The notes under the pieces are model-generated. The model ran no database searches. It saw only the letters and a program-made list of their open reading frames with translations, and was not told the origin of the DNA. From Octopus vulgaris (Eukaryota), in assembly GCA_951406725.2 (NCBI GenBank), contig OX597825.1:84072001-84136000 (forward strand): a stretch of DNA of 64,000 nt, in the 5' to 3' direction. Positions 1-14,029 of this stretch are shown here, in pieces. Position 1 is the stretch's first letter; each line of letters opens with the position of its first letter. Made by a program: the position numbers and the translations under genes.

Positions 1-132
1 GCATACGTGTGCGTGTGTGTGTGTATGTATATACTTCCACAGAGAGCCGTGTGTATGTATGCGTATTCGTATCTATCACTGCTTGCATATATGCATACTG
101 GCTTGTATGAACGCGTACGCGCGCACGAGTGA

Positions 133-191
<59 letters not shown>

Positions 192-198
192 TATATAC

Positions 199-284
<86 letters not shown>

Positions 285-476
285 GTATATATGTATATGT
301 ACATAATATATTTACATTTATAAACATATATATACATATATATATATATTTACATATATATTTACACACACATACACACACACACATACACACATATATA
401 TGCATGCATAAAAGTACATTATCATTATTCATAAGAAATAATATTAGTGGCTGTAAGCATAAAACCGTATAAGTAA

Positions 477-513
<37 letters not shown>

Positions 514-571
514 ATTAGGGTATCAAGAAGAACCAGCTTTGCTAAAAATAGGAACCTTAAAAAGCTCCGAA

Positions 572-616
<45 letters not shown>

Positions 617-692
617 GTGTGTATAAGTATGTGTGGATGGATGCATGTGAATTCGCATACATGCGAGTGTATATATGTGCGTACCAGCATAT

Positions 693-792
693 NNNNNNNN
701 NNNNNNNNNNNNNNNNNNNNNNNNNNNNNNNNNNNNNNNNNNNNNNNNNNNNNNNNNNNNNNNNNNNNNNNNNNNNNNNNNNNNNNNNNNNN
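693..792. other. Assembly gap (100 N)
   Basis: Run of exactly 100 N, a typical fixed-size scaffold gap. Confidence 0.99.
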
Positions 793-1427
793 AAAATTAA
801 AATACCGGTAGTTTACGTTTTGATATTAATAAACACCTACGATTGTCGTTATTATTTTTATACAGCCATTATATCGTTTATACTATTATTATATCTTTAA
901 CCCGTATTTATAGTTTATACATTACTCACACCGGATATTGGTTATAACTCATCGTTCTCGACCAAATAACCACGTTCAAGTTATTTTCTTGAAATTTATT
1001 TCTCAGAGTTTGCTGATTATTATTGTCGTTGTTTTTATTGTTGTTGTTGCGTGTGTGTGTGTACGGGTTTATGTTTGTGTTTGTGTGCCCCACTTTGAGT
1101 TAATCTCATGGTTACAGACTCAATCCGACGCAATGAAATTGCTTAGAGGGGGAATATGTTAGCTGATCAAATTTCACGTGTCTCTAATTAACACACTGCG
1201 TCACGCAGATTCTGAGCGAAGGTTATATTAAGAATATATTAAGTGATTGAGTATATGTGGTATACTCAGCCACACATACTCAACTATAAGATGGACTATA
1301 CCACTAACTCAAACGCTGTGTCACACCGGTTTCACTCGAAGTTTACGCTCAAGGCACATGCGCTTGAGGTATATTCAACCACTTACACTATAAAGTCTAC
1401 ATGATAATAATGGTTTCTAATTCATGC

Positions 1428-1845
1428 ACAAGGCCGGCAATTTTGAGAGCAGGAGATCAGTCGATATCATCTTGCTCAGTAATTCTCTGCTACTTTATTT
1501 TATCGACCTTAGAGGTATGAAAAGCTAAGTTCACCGTGACAAGATTTGAACTCAGAATGTGAACGTAGAGTCGAAAGACATGCCGCCAAACATTTTCCCG
1601 ACGCTCTGACAATCCTACAAGCTCTCTGCCTTGGCCTACATTTATAATAACGCTTTCACATTTTGGCACAAAGCCAGCAATTTCGGGGGAGGAGGTAAGA
1701 CAATTGCAACAGCCCCAATACTCGGTTGGTACAGTTTTTATCGACCTCGAAAGCAAGAAAGGTAAAGACGACCTCGAAAGAAATTGAACTTAGAAACTAA
1801 AGCCCCGCGAAACGCCGCCAACGATTCTGCAAGCTCGACGCCCCA
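1428..1845 (-). mobile_element. Two adjacent degenerate SINE family B copies (approx. 1428-1635 and 1660-1845)
   Basis: Both match the reverse complement of the family-B core seen at 39303 and 54790 (TTTATCGACC..GAAAG..AAAG..GAC..TTGAACT). Confidence 0.7.
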
Positions 1846-1977
1846 GTCTGCAATCGTTATTGTTCTTATCTGTTATGTGGTCTTTCAGTTGGAGTGATTT
1901 CTGACAGATACGATTAGTCAGAAACCGCACCAGATGGAAGACTAATCAATCTCTCCAGGGCATCGGTTGTTTAGTCC

Positions 1978-2582
1978 TAGGAAAGGCTATATAGTAAGAA
2001 GTTTGTTTCCCAACCACATAGTTCCGAGTTCAGATCCAATGCGTGATACATTGGGCAAGTGTCTTCTACTATAGCCTCAGGCCGACCATTGGAGTGTTTG
2101 CTGCAATGTGTGTGCTGTGTATGCATGTGTGCGTGTGTGTGTATGCTTGTATGTGTATCTGTGTGCGCGCGTGCGCGTGCGTGATGTGTGTGTATGTGTT
2201 TGTATATTTGTGTTTGTGCATACGTATGTCTGTGTGCGTACTTGTATGTGTGCGCGTGTGCATGTAAGTTTTGTGTGCGTGCGCGCGCATTCATGTGTGT
2301 GTGTGATGAGCGTGTTTGTGCAGTATGTTTTAGAATATTTATTATCCTCCAATGTGTGAATATTTCTAAGATGGTGATTTCTAGAAGTTTTCTGTATTTC
2401 ATTGGTTGAGAAATAGCCAAGGTATTCCGGATGTCAATCTGACGCTTGGTGACAAATTTCCCCAAATCTCATGAATCTTTCTTAAGATTCGTGCTGGGGT
2501 TGATTCTTTCGAGTAAAAGTTCTTCAAGGTAGTGCTCCAGCATGGCGGCAGTCTAATGGAATAAAACAAGTAAAATATGAAA
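1978..2582 (+). mobile_element. Degenerate SINE family A (CORE-like), head and tail separated by a TG microsatellite
   Basis: Head CCAACCACATAGTTCCGAGTTCAG..TTGGGCAAGTGTCTTCTACTATAGCCTC and tail GTGCTCCAGCATGGCGGCAGTC match the copies at 12082, 23965 and 55506. Confidence 0.7.
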
Positions 2583-3649
2583 CGATAAAAAAATAGATAA
2601 CACTCTTCTGTAGGTGATCGAGATGAAGATTCTGAGATTGGTGATACAGAAAGACTAGTTGTTACATTAGTCGGAGTAAAAGCCTGTTTGGAGCTGAATT
2701 CTACCCGGAAGAATTGGGAATATAAGGAAGAGTGAGAGAGAAAAAACCCTCAACAAACCTCAGTTTCCAGAGTCCCAACAGTTAAAAATGCTCCAGGAAC
2801 AACAAAGGAAATATCTATTGGCTAAAGGTTCTGTAGGAATCTTAAGAGGAAAAATGCTGAAAACATCAAAGAAAATGAAGATTCAGCAGGAAAATCGAAA
2901 CAGGGAGGAGAAAAATTCTTTCTAAAAGATAATGAAACACATTCTCAGTAAAATACTGATCATACCATGATGAAATGGGATTATTGCAATTACGTATTTG
3001 AGGCACGATGGGCTCTCCCTAGAAATTAGAATAATAAAAGCAATTAGGTTCGAAATATAAACAACATGCAAAAGATAGATTAATAATAAAATTAAAATTA
3101 CAATGACATTATACCGAATTTAAAAGAAAATGGTCTTTAAACGCTGATGTTTCTCGACACCAAATGCAACAGAAAACGCTTAATGTTATGTTTCACTTGA
3201 AGACAGCTGCAGAAATGATTAAGTAACAATGCGCTGGGGGTGCACTAACGCAACCTAACCAGAAAATCTTTCACGTCATTTTTCTTTAAATTATACATTG
3301 CCTTAACTATTATTTGTTTTATTCATTGAATAAATTCGTGTAAGTATATATGCGTGTATGGACATATGTATGTGTGTGTGCAAGTACATACGTATGTGTG
3401 TGTGTATTGTACATATATATAGAGATCCCACGTATAAATGTAAATATACATACATATAGATGGGGTCTGTAAGTGCATGTGCGCAACTTAAAAATTCTAA
3501 ATACCCCCTACCGCATATTGCATGACGTCGTAATTTCTAAGCATGTATTTTCAGACTCCATGTTTTTTCTCTTTCTCCGTAATCCCCAGTGAAGGTTTCG
3601 TATCTTTCGCATCCCTTCGAGTTCCTGTGGCTAATAATAAAAAAGAGTT

Positions 3650-3961
<312 letters not shown>

Positions 3962-4839
3962 GCCGTAGTCGCTGTTGCTACACTTTAGCAACAGTTGTTT
4001 TTTGTCATACACACACCCACACCCACACACACACTGTCCCAATTTTTGAATTGTCTATTAAATGTAGAAGGTAAACAGTAAAACATCACTTATACAATCT
4101 GAGAGAAAACATTAATAGAGGTAGTGTGCAGCTGCTGTTGATATTCGAGATATCATCTCCAGAGTTGATATCCTTACAATATCACACACATGAGACCGTG
4201 CTTTTTCCTCCATATTCCTCGCGTTGTTCCTTAATCCCAGTTCTACCAAGCATTACCTTGTCTTGCCAGATACTCTATCGCTAATTCCACATGCCAATTT
4301 CGTCATTCCAACCACCGAAAAGTATATTGGATCTTATTTCTCTTTATCAAACTCTATTGAATATCGAAATATCAAAGGAATTCTACGTTTCTTTATTCTT
4401 GTATTTTTTTTTATTCGATTATACCAAAGGGTTTGTATTTTTATCATTTCTCCACTCTTTGTTAATCGCAGTTTCTCCGCAATTCCCACGGAACAATGCA
4501 CAATCTGTGCAACGCTATGACGTGTCTTTTGTCATCTGCCATCTTGAATCTGTTTACTTTATTACCTTATGATATTCGCTACACTTTCTTTCTCTTCTCT
4601 TTCTCTCTCTATTATCACCACGCGTTCTATATTAGGGTGATTCAATGGTGATATCTTAAAAAAACCAAAACAAAAAACAAAACCACATTGATGTAGCTTA
4701 CTGTGCGAGCCGAGGAGCTTGTTACACAGCTACAAATATTATTCCTTCTACATCATATCTTCTTAGGTTTAGCTTTCTCACCAACAATCATGTTCTTACG
4801 ATATATAAATCATTTCATCTCCTTAAAAACCTTTCCATT

Positions 4840-4892
<53 letters not shown>

Positions 4893-5426
4893 TTTCTTTC
4901 TCTCTTTCTTTCTTTCTTTGTCTTTGTATTTCCAAACTTGCTGGAAACAACAGCTATATATCACTCGAACAATACACTACGGTATTTTAAAAGAAGAAGG
5001 CTGATGGATGATGTAGTCTTAAATACAACGTGAAAATCATTTTGGTTACATGAGCAGTTTACAAAATCTACAGATGGAGACATAATTGTGTGGTTTACTT
5101 TCGAACTACATGTTTTCTAGTTCGATTCCACACCACGGCATCTTGGGAAAATGATTTTACCACCCTCTCATAACAACCAAATTTTTCTGAAAGAAATTTG
5201 ATGGTGAGAGACTACGTGAAAAATTCCATTGAAGGAACATTTCCAGTTTTAATGTGGCAAGTTTATTCCGGGTTTCAAGTTAACACCATTTCTAGGGTCG
5301 CAGGAGATTTAGTGGATTCCACTCTGTTATAGACATGGATAGAATTATACTCCAGCGGCAGCTTTTCCTTTCTTCTCTCCAGGCAGGAAGACCTTAGAAG
5401 AGGTCATGTGACCTGCCCTTCTAGCC

Positions 5427-5790
5427 ACCACCAATTTATTTTCCTAACACTAGCTTAATGATAACTAAGTTATTTTACTAAGTTCTTTGTTAGATTTAAA
5501 ATTAATTGAAAGTAACACAAAACATCTCAAAATAAATATGGTAGCAAAATGGTTAAGGCATCAACCCTTTTGATACCAACCCAGCTGGAACTGCCTCTGG
5601 CTCTGTAGTATAAATGTCTTGTTTTCGTAAGTTCTAAATTAAAAGCTTCCACCAAACCTTAGTCACAATTTATGTTCCTAACACAAGCTTAATGATAACT
5701 AAGTTATTTTACTAAATTCTTTGTTAGATTTAAAATTAATTGAAAGAAACACAGAGCATCTCAAAATAAATATGGTAAAAAAAGGGTTAA
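5427..5790. mobile_element. piggyBac-like MITE (5565-5786) with a tandem partial copy upstream (5427-5555)
   Basis: Termini CCCTTT...AAAGGG flanked by TCAA/TTAA (degenerate TTAA target duplication). The upstream 130 bp duplicates its 3' half and also ends GGTTAA. Confidence 0.7.
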
Positions 5791-6455
5791 ATAAAATGAA
5801 TTTTAGTTATACAAAACACACGAGTTCTTCTTTTGTATCTGTTGTTTGGTATGTAGCAAACATTTTCGGAACTCACAGGAAAATGTCGCTGAATTATGAT
5901 AATTATAAACCTATACATTATTTACAACTAATAAATTATCGTTTCTTCTTAAAAGTCATCCTCACCATCTATAATGGCACCCCCCACCACGAACTGTAGA
6001 AACAGGAACCTATATAAATAAAAAATAACATAAATAATAATAAAATAATAATAAAAATGAATGATAGATATAAAGCTAGAATGATTATTCTTTTTAAATA
6101 TTTACAAAACATTTAGAGTTGATAAATTGGATTTTGAAAATACAGAAAATTTATTAGCATATTAATTGTGGTCCGGAATTAAAAATATAGTTTCTATTAC
6201 ACTCATCCTCACACACACACACACACACAGACTTACATACACAAGCGTAGTCATTCACACATATTTTTACTCAGATACTCACACACTCATATACACACAT
6301 CCTTTTCCCACACATGAAGATTATTCATTCACGATGATGCGCGCACACACGCATGCACTCACATCACATTTCCATTTAAACACGTGTAGTCGTAGTGACA
6401 CACACACTTCCCTACTCGCAAGTACCTGGAAACAGTTATACACACATATCTATGA

Positions 6456-6793
6456 TGGCACTCCGTCGGTTACGGCGATAAGGGTTCCATTTGAAATTAA
6501 CGTGCAAGTGGCTGAGCGCTCCACAGGCATGTGTACTCTTAACGTGTAGTCCTCGGGGAGATTCAGCGTGACACAGACTGTGACAAAGCTGGCCCCTTTG
6601 AAATACAGGTACAACAGAAACAGGAAGAAAGAGTGAGAGAAAGTTGTGGTGAAAGAGTACAGCAGGGTCCGCCACCACCCCCTGCCGGAGTCTTGTGGAG
6701 CTTTAAGTGTTTTCGCTCAATAAACTCTCACGACGCCCGGTCTGGGAATCGAAACCGAAATCCGCTGCCCTAACCACTGGGCCATTGCACCTC
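6456..6793 (-). mobile_element. tRNA-derived SINE family C, near full length
   Basis: Minus-strand head GGTGCAATGGCCCAGTGGTTAGGGCAGCGG..GGTTTCGATTCCCAG (A/B-box-like). The body is shared with 17859-18230. Confidence 0.85.
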
Positions 6794-7545
6794 CATACAC
6801 ATCTCTTTACACACTCACATACTCTTTAGACAATCTATAACACGCACATATCTATACACACTCACATACTCACACATATGCAAATCACTCACTCACACAC
6901 ACACACACACACACATACACACCACATATGCTCATTATTCCTTGATATTTATTTCTAATATTTTAACAAAAGGAAACGGGAATGATGAATACTCTGAGAG
7001 AAAACTGCAGTTCTTTAATGAAAACAACACACACAAACACACACACACAAATACACACAGTCGCATGAACATTTCACACATGCTCACACAGACTCATACA
7101 AATTCCCATAGATTCACGTACATATTCATTCATACTTAGACCTACACTCTTTCTCTCTCCTTCTCTCTCCCTCTCTCTCTTACACACTTAGATCCAACCA
7201 CTCACCTACAATGTTACTACTTATCAGTTTCTAATATATAACGAAAAAAGTAAAGTTGATTAATGTTAGAAGACTAAACGGTACTTTTTCAAGCAGTGAA
7301 CACGTATACCAAACTAGAGAGACACACATCCTTATGTATGCATACCTTCACACGCATGTATACACGCGTGCACACGTACATCAGACAAATTGGTGCATTT
7401 TATTTATAACACAAGTATTGAAAAGTTAGTAATTTAACTGTTTCTTAGGTGTTCATACAGGTTGGAATGTCTCAAGTATTTGTATACATCACTGCTTGGC
7501 GGTTCTAATTCCGCTCTCTCTCTCTCTCTCGATCTATCTTCCTTA

Positions 7546-7666
<121 letters not shown>

Positions 7667-7689
7667 ATAAGAGCTTGTATGATTTTGAA

Positions 7690-7865
7690 AAGAAGAATAT
7701 ATTAATCACTAAAATTCGAACTTAGTCTAATTTTCACGTTTTAGTATTTGCAGTTTTTACGATTTTCCAATTTTCCAATATTGAAATAAACTAGTACTTT
7801 CATGCGTTACGCAATCATCAGATTTATGCAGTGACAGCCGTATTTCACAAGTGACAACTGTGAGA
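7690..7865 (-). mobile_element. Short hammerhead-bearing repeat, HHR family 1 (Penelope pseudo-LTR-like)
   Basis: Sits between TA-rich microsatellites and carries a complete hammerhead motif. Penelope affiliation is inferred from that motif. Confidence 0.5.
7786..7827 (-). ncRNA. Minimal type I hammerhead ribozyme, apparently intact
   Basis: RNA: AUAAAU-CUGAUGA-UUGCG UAA CGCAU-GAAA-GUAC-UA-GUUUAU. It has a 6-bp helix I, a 4-bp helix II with a U.U at its base, palindromic helix III AGUACU and cleavage triplet CUA. Confidence 0.75.
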
Positions 7866-7893
7866 TATATATATGTATATATATATATATATA

Positions 7894-8102
7894 TAGTAAA
7901 TCCCCAAAACGATGAACGAACACAAAAAACAAAAACGCGAGGACGTGGTACATATAAAGTATTAGCAGACGCTCAGGGAAGGAAAGAGAGATGGTTTAAC
8001 GTTTCGTGCAACGCTCTTCTTCAGGAACGGAGGAAAGTCCAATCGAAAGGAAGACAGAGGAAGAATATCGCCAACGATTCACATGTGATTACATTTTGAA
8101 AT
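7894..8102 (-). mobile_element. Hammerhead-bearing repeat, HHR family 2 (copy 1)
   Basis: Collinear with 27583-27798. The minus strand contains GUUC-CUGAAGA-A-GAGC GUU GCAC-GAAA-CG-UU-AAAC at about 7993-8029. Confidence 0.7.
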
Positions 8103-8771
8103 GTATATATGGGTGTATACACATACACGCACACACAACGTAAGCGTTTGGTTATATGAGAGAATAAGAAATCTGAACTTGTGGTAGTTTATAATTTCCT
8201 GTTCCTGTGGGTCTTTCTGTACTGATCGTATGATATGGTGCATGTTTTGAGGTCATCACTGTCTAATCTGATCTTAGTGCAATTAGTTGTTCTGTGGTGA
8301 GGTTGTAAATTTTGTGTTACTAAGTGGATATCGTGTACACAATAAAATAATTTAGTCTAAAATGTGTTTTTAAACGTTAATATTGTATTGTAGTATTTTA
8401 AAGATTTTGTGACTTGTTTTACAAAATTTGGCTTCATTAGTAACGTCACTGTTGGAAAGTAATCTCACGACAACCATTAGAAAGTTGTCATCAACCACAT
8501 AGCTATGAATCGAAAAAGAAAATAACAAAAATTATTTCATTCACACACAAAAAAAACGAACAAAAAACATGAAGGAACCATCGAGGAAGCACCATTTTAT
8601 TTAAAGTGACATTATTATTGACAGCAAAATGAAAAGAAAAAATCTAAAAAAACAATTATTAAGAGCTAAAAAAATAATTCAGTGCTTCTATCATTTTTTG
8701 TTTTTACAAGTCATAAATTCCAACCGCTTTTCCAATTTTTCCACCCATACAAAATTTTATTATCTCTATCG

Positions 8772-9020
<249 letters not shown>

Positions 9021-9293
9021 TTTTCGTTAGGCAATGTTACGCATTGACTAGTCTAATGGACGTTCAGTGACATCCAGATATAGCGGAGAAGTGTCCATTA
9101 AAGGAGATACTTGTGTTCAAGAATTGCCAAAGATAAGAAGCATATAAAGAGCTGAGTTAGATTTTTATTAGCAATATATTCCCGTAGTCTTGAGAGCATG
9201 AAATAACATAATGTTAACGTCTACCACGAAAATGTATCGCTCGCGTGCGCGCACACACACACGCGCACGCACCTCCAAATATGTATATACATA

Positions 9294-9343
<50 letters not shown>

Positions 9344-9549
9344 TATATATATACACACACACGTAAGTCCATAGTTATGTGTATATATGTGTGTGTATAT
9401 GTGTGTGTATGTGCATGTGTGCGTGTATATAATTATATGTGCCTATATGTATGTACGTATGAATGCATGTTTGTATGATAATATGAAATATACGTCTGTG
9501 TATGAATGTACATTTACATTAAATCACACTCCTATCTATCTATCTATCA

Positions 9550-9894
<345 letters not shown>

Positions 9895-10340
9895 TATATA
9901 TATATACATACATACATATATGGCCGCAGCCTTCGGGTTGAAACATTTTTAAGGATTTAAGGATTTTATATATACAAGAATTTGGTAGACGGAAACTGAA
10001 AGAATCCCGTCATATATACATGCATACATACATATACACACACACACATTCACACATTCACACACACGCACAAACACACACAAACACACACACACATGTG
10101 CATATATTTGTGCATGCGTTTGTGTCTGGTGTCTGTAGTAAGTGGACAGTTAGGTAATTATGAGAACTAGTTAGTTTTGACAGTTCTATATGCCCACTAC
10201 GCCATATGTTCAAGGACATATGGCGTAGTGGCTAAGAGCACAGGCTACTAACCCCAGGATTCCGAGTTCGATTCCAGGCAGTTACCTGAATAATAATAAT
10301 AATAATAATTTATTTTTTATTCTATTTAATTTTTTTTTAG

Positions 10341-10483
10341 ACATCCTCTAGTACAACACAAAAAACAACCAAATATATGGCACACTAGGCATAACAACAA
10401 CGTGAACTTCCAACCTGTTGTCTCTTGAGGTCTCTGGGTGTGACTTGGAGCCAACTTGTAAAAATATAAAGCAAAAGTCAAAC

Positions 10484-10520
<37 letters not shown>
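10341..10520 (+). mobile_element. LINE-like 3' end with (TAA)n tail, inserted in a (TAA)n run (R4/Dong-like by target)
   Basis: About 150 bp of non-repetitive sequence flanked on both sides by TAA/AT-rich runs and ending in (TAA)n. The clade is inferred from target preference only. Confidence 0.4.
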
Positions 10521-10522
<2 letters not shown>

Positions 10523-10573
10523 CAACAACATCGAAAAATACCTTAGCAATGATAAGGTTCGAAATTTCCCGAA

Positions 10574-10619
10574 GACACCTGATGAAGACTGGAGGCTATA
10601 TCAGCCGAAATGTTGTGTT
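10574..10619 (+). ncRNA. Hammerhead motif, HHR family 4 (decayed copy)
   Basis: GACAC-CUGAUGA-A-GACUG..CAGCC-GAAA-UG-UU-GUGUU. It has one helix II mismatch, and the helix III palindrome is mutated (ACGU to AUGU). Confidence 0.65.
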
Positions 10620-11675
10620 AACAACAAACAAGATGAGGACAAATATCCGTCAAATGTAAATAATGTAAATTATGTAGTTAGTTTTTTGAATTAGGATGTA
10701 CACTTAGCTTAAACCTTAGCTTGCTCAAGCTGCTAGTTTGTGGGATCGATCACTATACGCCGTAATTGCAAAGCAAACTTCTGAATCACTGGGCCATGTC
10801 TTAAAACACCGATGATGAAAGTAATAATTGTTTTGTTATAGAATTATATCTTTCTCTAAAAGTTTATCGTTAATATCATTACTTGTCTAATATTCACGTG
10901 AGACTATTTTCTGTAATCAACCATACAGATTGGTTAAAGCGTAAAGTATTTTCTGAGAATTGATCTGAAGATTGATAACCGTTTATAGAAGATTGATATG
11001 TATATTAAATCAATGACGTTTCCATCTGTAGCAGAGACAATCACCAGTATTTCTATGGAGATTATCTACTTGAAGCAAAAATCCAATTCTAGAAAACTCA
11101 ATTTGAATAAACTTACGGGAAAATATAGTTTCAACAGCATTCATTCTTATTGTTTTCGATAATATTGTTTATATATTTGATATCGTCAAGATGTATTCTC
11201 CCGCGTTCCATTCAGGTAGAAAGAAATAAAGGCACACACAAATACGAACGTACAAGTGAATAGAAACACAGAACTACAAGTACATACAAACGCAAAACGC
11301 TCACAGATGCGCGCATATGAACGGGCAAACACGCACGCAGAAATATACTGCGGAATAATAATTGTAAAAAATAAGTACCATTTAAATATAGATAACAATA
11401 ACGACACGTTCTCATATACAGACCACTTCACACACACACACACACACACACATGCAATGACTCACACACATACACATACATACTTGTACATTTATTTCAC
11501 ACTTTAATTATCAAAAAATGCATAGATTCAGAAAATGGCATTCATACATACTTCCTACTATAGAAGCGCGTGTATACAGATATACATACATCGATGAATA
11601 AGCATAAGGAGAATGAAAGGAGGAAGGAAATTTACTATCAGTTTGGAGTTTCTTTGTCTTTGCCTCCTTATATAG

Positions 11676-11769
<94 letters not shown>

Positions 11770-11848
11770 ATATATGCATATGTATATATATATATATATA
11801 TACATACACACAAATATGCATATATATGTGTGTACAAATATGAATATT

Positions 11849-11938
<90 letters not shown>

Positions 11939-12081
11939 GTAGACAGATAGCTATATACAAATATGCCTATATATGTAGAGAGAGAGAGAGAGAGAGAGAG
12001 AGTGAGTGAGATTCAAATATATATACATAGTTATATATATATACAATATATATATATATGCATATATATGCATATATATGT

Positions 12082-12243
12082 AGGCGCAGGAGTGGTTGTG
12101 TTGTAAGATAGCTTGTTTACCAACCACATGGTTTCGGGTTCAGTCCCACTGCGTGGCACCTTGGGCAAGTGTCTTCTACTATAGCCTCGGGCCGACCAAA
12201 GCCTTGTGAATGGATTTGGTAGACGGAAACTGAAAGAAGTCTG

Positions 12244-12302
<59 letters not shown>

Positions 12303-12497
12303 TGTGTGTGTTTGTGTGTCTGTGTTTGTCCCCCTAGCATTGCTTGACAACCGATGCTGGTGTGTTCATGTCCCCGTTACTTAGCGGTTCGGCAGAAGTG
12401 ACCGATAGAATAAGTACTGGGCTTACAAAAGAATAAGTCCCGTGGTCGAGTTGCTCGATTAAAGGCTGTGCTCCAGCATGGCCACAGTCCAATGACC
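12082..12497 (+). mobile_element. SINE family A, near full length with internal (TA)n
   Basis: GGCGCAGGAGTGG..GGTTCAGTCCCACTGCGTGGCACCTTGGGCAAGTGTCTTC (CORE-like) through GTGCTCCAGCATGGCCACAGTC. Confidence 0.9.
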
Positions 12498-12660
12498 CTT
12501 CCCACCTGGAAGTGTAACAGCCATGCCCTTCCTGACATCTGTCTTTACTTTCTCATGCGCAAATCGAGATTTCTCAAAAGTAGCTGTTCCCTCTTGCACA
12601 ATCCTTCTCCACCGGCTACGATCAATAGCTATACCTTCCCATGTGTCAGGGGAGATGCAA
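12498..12660 (-). mobile_element. RTE-clade LINE ORF2 C-terminal fragment
   Basis: Minus-strand translation ISPDTWEGIAIDRSRWRRIVQEGTATFEKSR resembles the RTE/BovB-type W-E-x-x-A-x-D-R-x-x-W-R C-terminus. Confidence 0.75.
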
Positions 12661-13145
12661 GCATACATACATACATACATACATACATACATACATACAT
12701 ACATACATACATACATACATACATACATACATACATACATACATACATACATACATACACACATACATACATACATACATACATACATACATACATACAT
12801 ACATACATACATACATACATACATACATACATACATACATACATACATACATACATACATACATACATACATACATACATACATACATACATACATACAC
12901 ATACATACATACATACACACATACATACATACATACATACATACATACATACATACATACATACATACATACAAACATACATACATACATACATACATAC
13001 ATACATACATACATACATACATACATACATACAAACATACATACATACATACATACACACATACATACATACAAACATACATACATACATACATACATAC
13101 ATACATACATACATACATACATACAAACATACATACATACATACA

Positions 13146-13175
<30 letters not shown>
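12660..13175. repeat. (CATA)n tetranucleotide array, about 510 bp
   Basis: Read directly. It generates six spurious ORFs in the track. Confidence 0.97.
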
Positions 13176-13176
<1 letters not shown>

Positions 13177-13833
13177 GTACATTAACGTAAGATACATAAT
13201 GAAATTCAAAGTTTTTCTGAGAAGCATCAGATACAAATTTCATGGCGCTAACAGTCAGATTGAACACGCAAGTATCACGCTGGTAAATACATCACAGATA
13301 ATGTATTTACAACAATGAGTCGTTAAAACGCATTACGTAACATCACCAAAGATTAGTCGATAACACAGACGTCTTATGTCAGAATTCACTGAAAAAAAAG
13401 TTTGCAAGTTTAATCATAGCAGCTGAATTCATGACAAACACAGAGCGAAAATAAACACAAGTAAAATATAGAATGAGCCGAGACCAATTACTGATTACTG
13501 AAAAATTACAGGGTGTTAACTTATAAGTATTTTCATTTCTAGTAAAACAATATTATCGTTCATGAAACATTTGCCTCATTATTCTTACTCGTTATAAAAA
13601 TAGAAGAATACACTTCATCAAAAATCAAAAGTCTAGAAGTGTCAAAGACGATAAAGAAATAAAAATAATTAAGAAGAAGAAATCGAAAGTATTTACTGCT
13701 CCAACTAAAATATGAAACGAATAGTAAGGAAGGATGAAAGCGCCATAATAAGATATAGAAATCCAGCCGAGCACTGAAGGGTTTTTAATAATAGATATAT
13801 CAAACACATAGAAAGTTGTTCTGTCTGACTTTT

Positions 13834-13901
<68 letters not shown>

Positions 13902-14029
13902 CAGCTAACTGTATGTACCCATACACACACATATTTGTATATATGTATGTGTATAGATGATGTGTATGTATATACACACACATGCACGTACATATATTTA
14001 TATATACTAGATGTACCCGCCGTGACCAA

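Larger units (their letters stand above)
10221..10680 (+). mobile_element. Candidate tRNA-headed SINE (family G) with (TAA)n linker and hammerhead-containing tail, interrupted by a LINE 3' end
   Basis: Head TGGCGTAGTGGCTAAGAGC..GAGTTCGATTCC (A and B boxes, 10221-10290), then (TAA)n. The tail 10525-10680 matches 18350-18520 (minus) and 45760-45880. Confidence 0.6.

Noticed and set aside
1240-1400. Two small hairpins and a minus-strand GAAA-CCGG-U palindrome suggestive of a sixth hammerhead family
   Set aside because: There is no CUGAnGA core, and position 17 is G. It may be a decayed copy but cannot be supported from this locus.
10221-10290. Possible tRNA gene
   Set aside because: A and B boxes are present, but I see no convincing acceptor stem and it runs into (TAA)n. 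Treated as a SINE head.
12459-13318. Long ORFs of 196-240 aa
   Set aside because: They are translations of (CATA)n; only the short RTE-derived part is meaningful.
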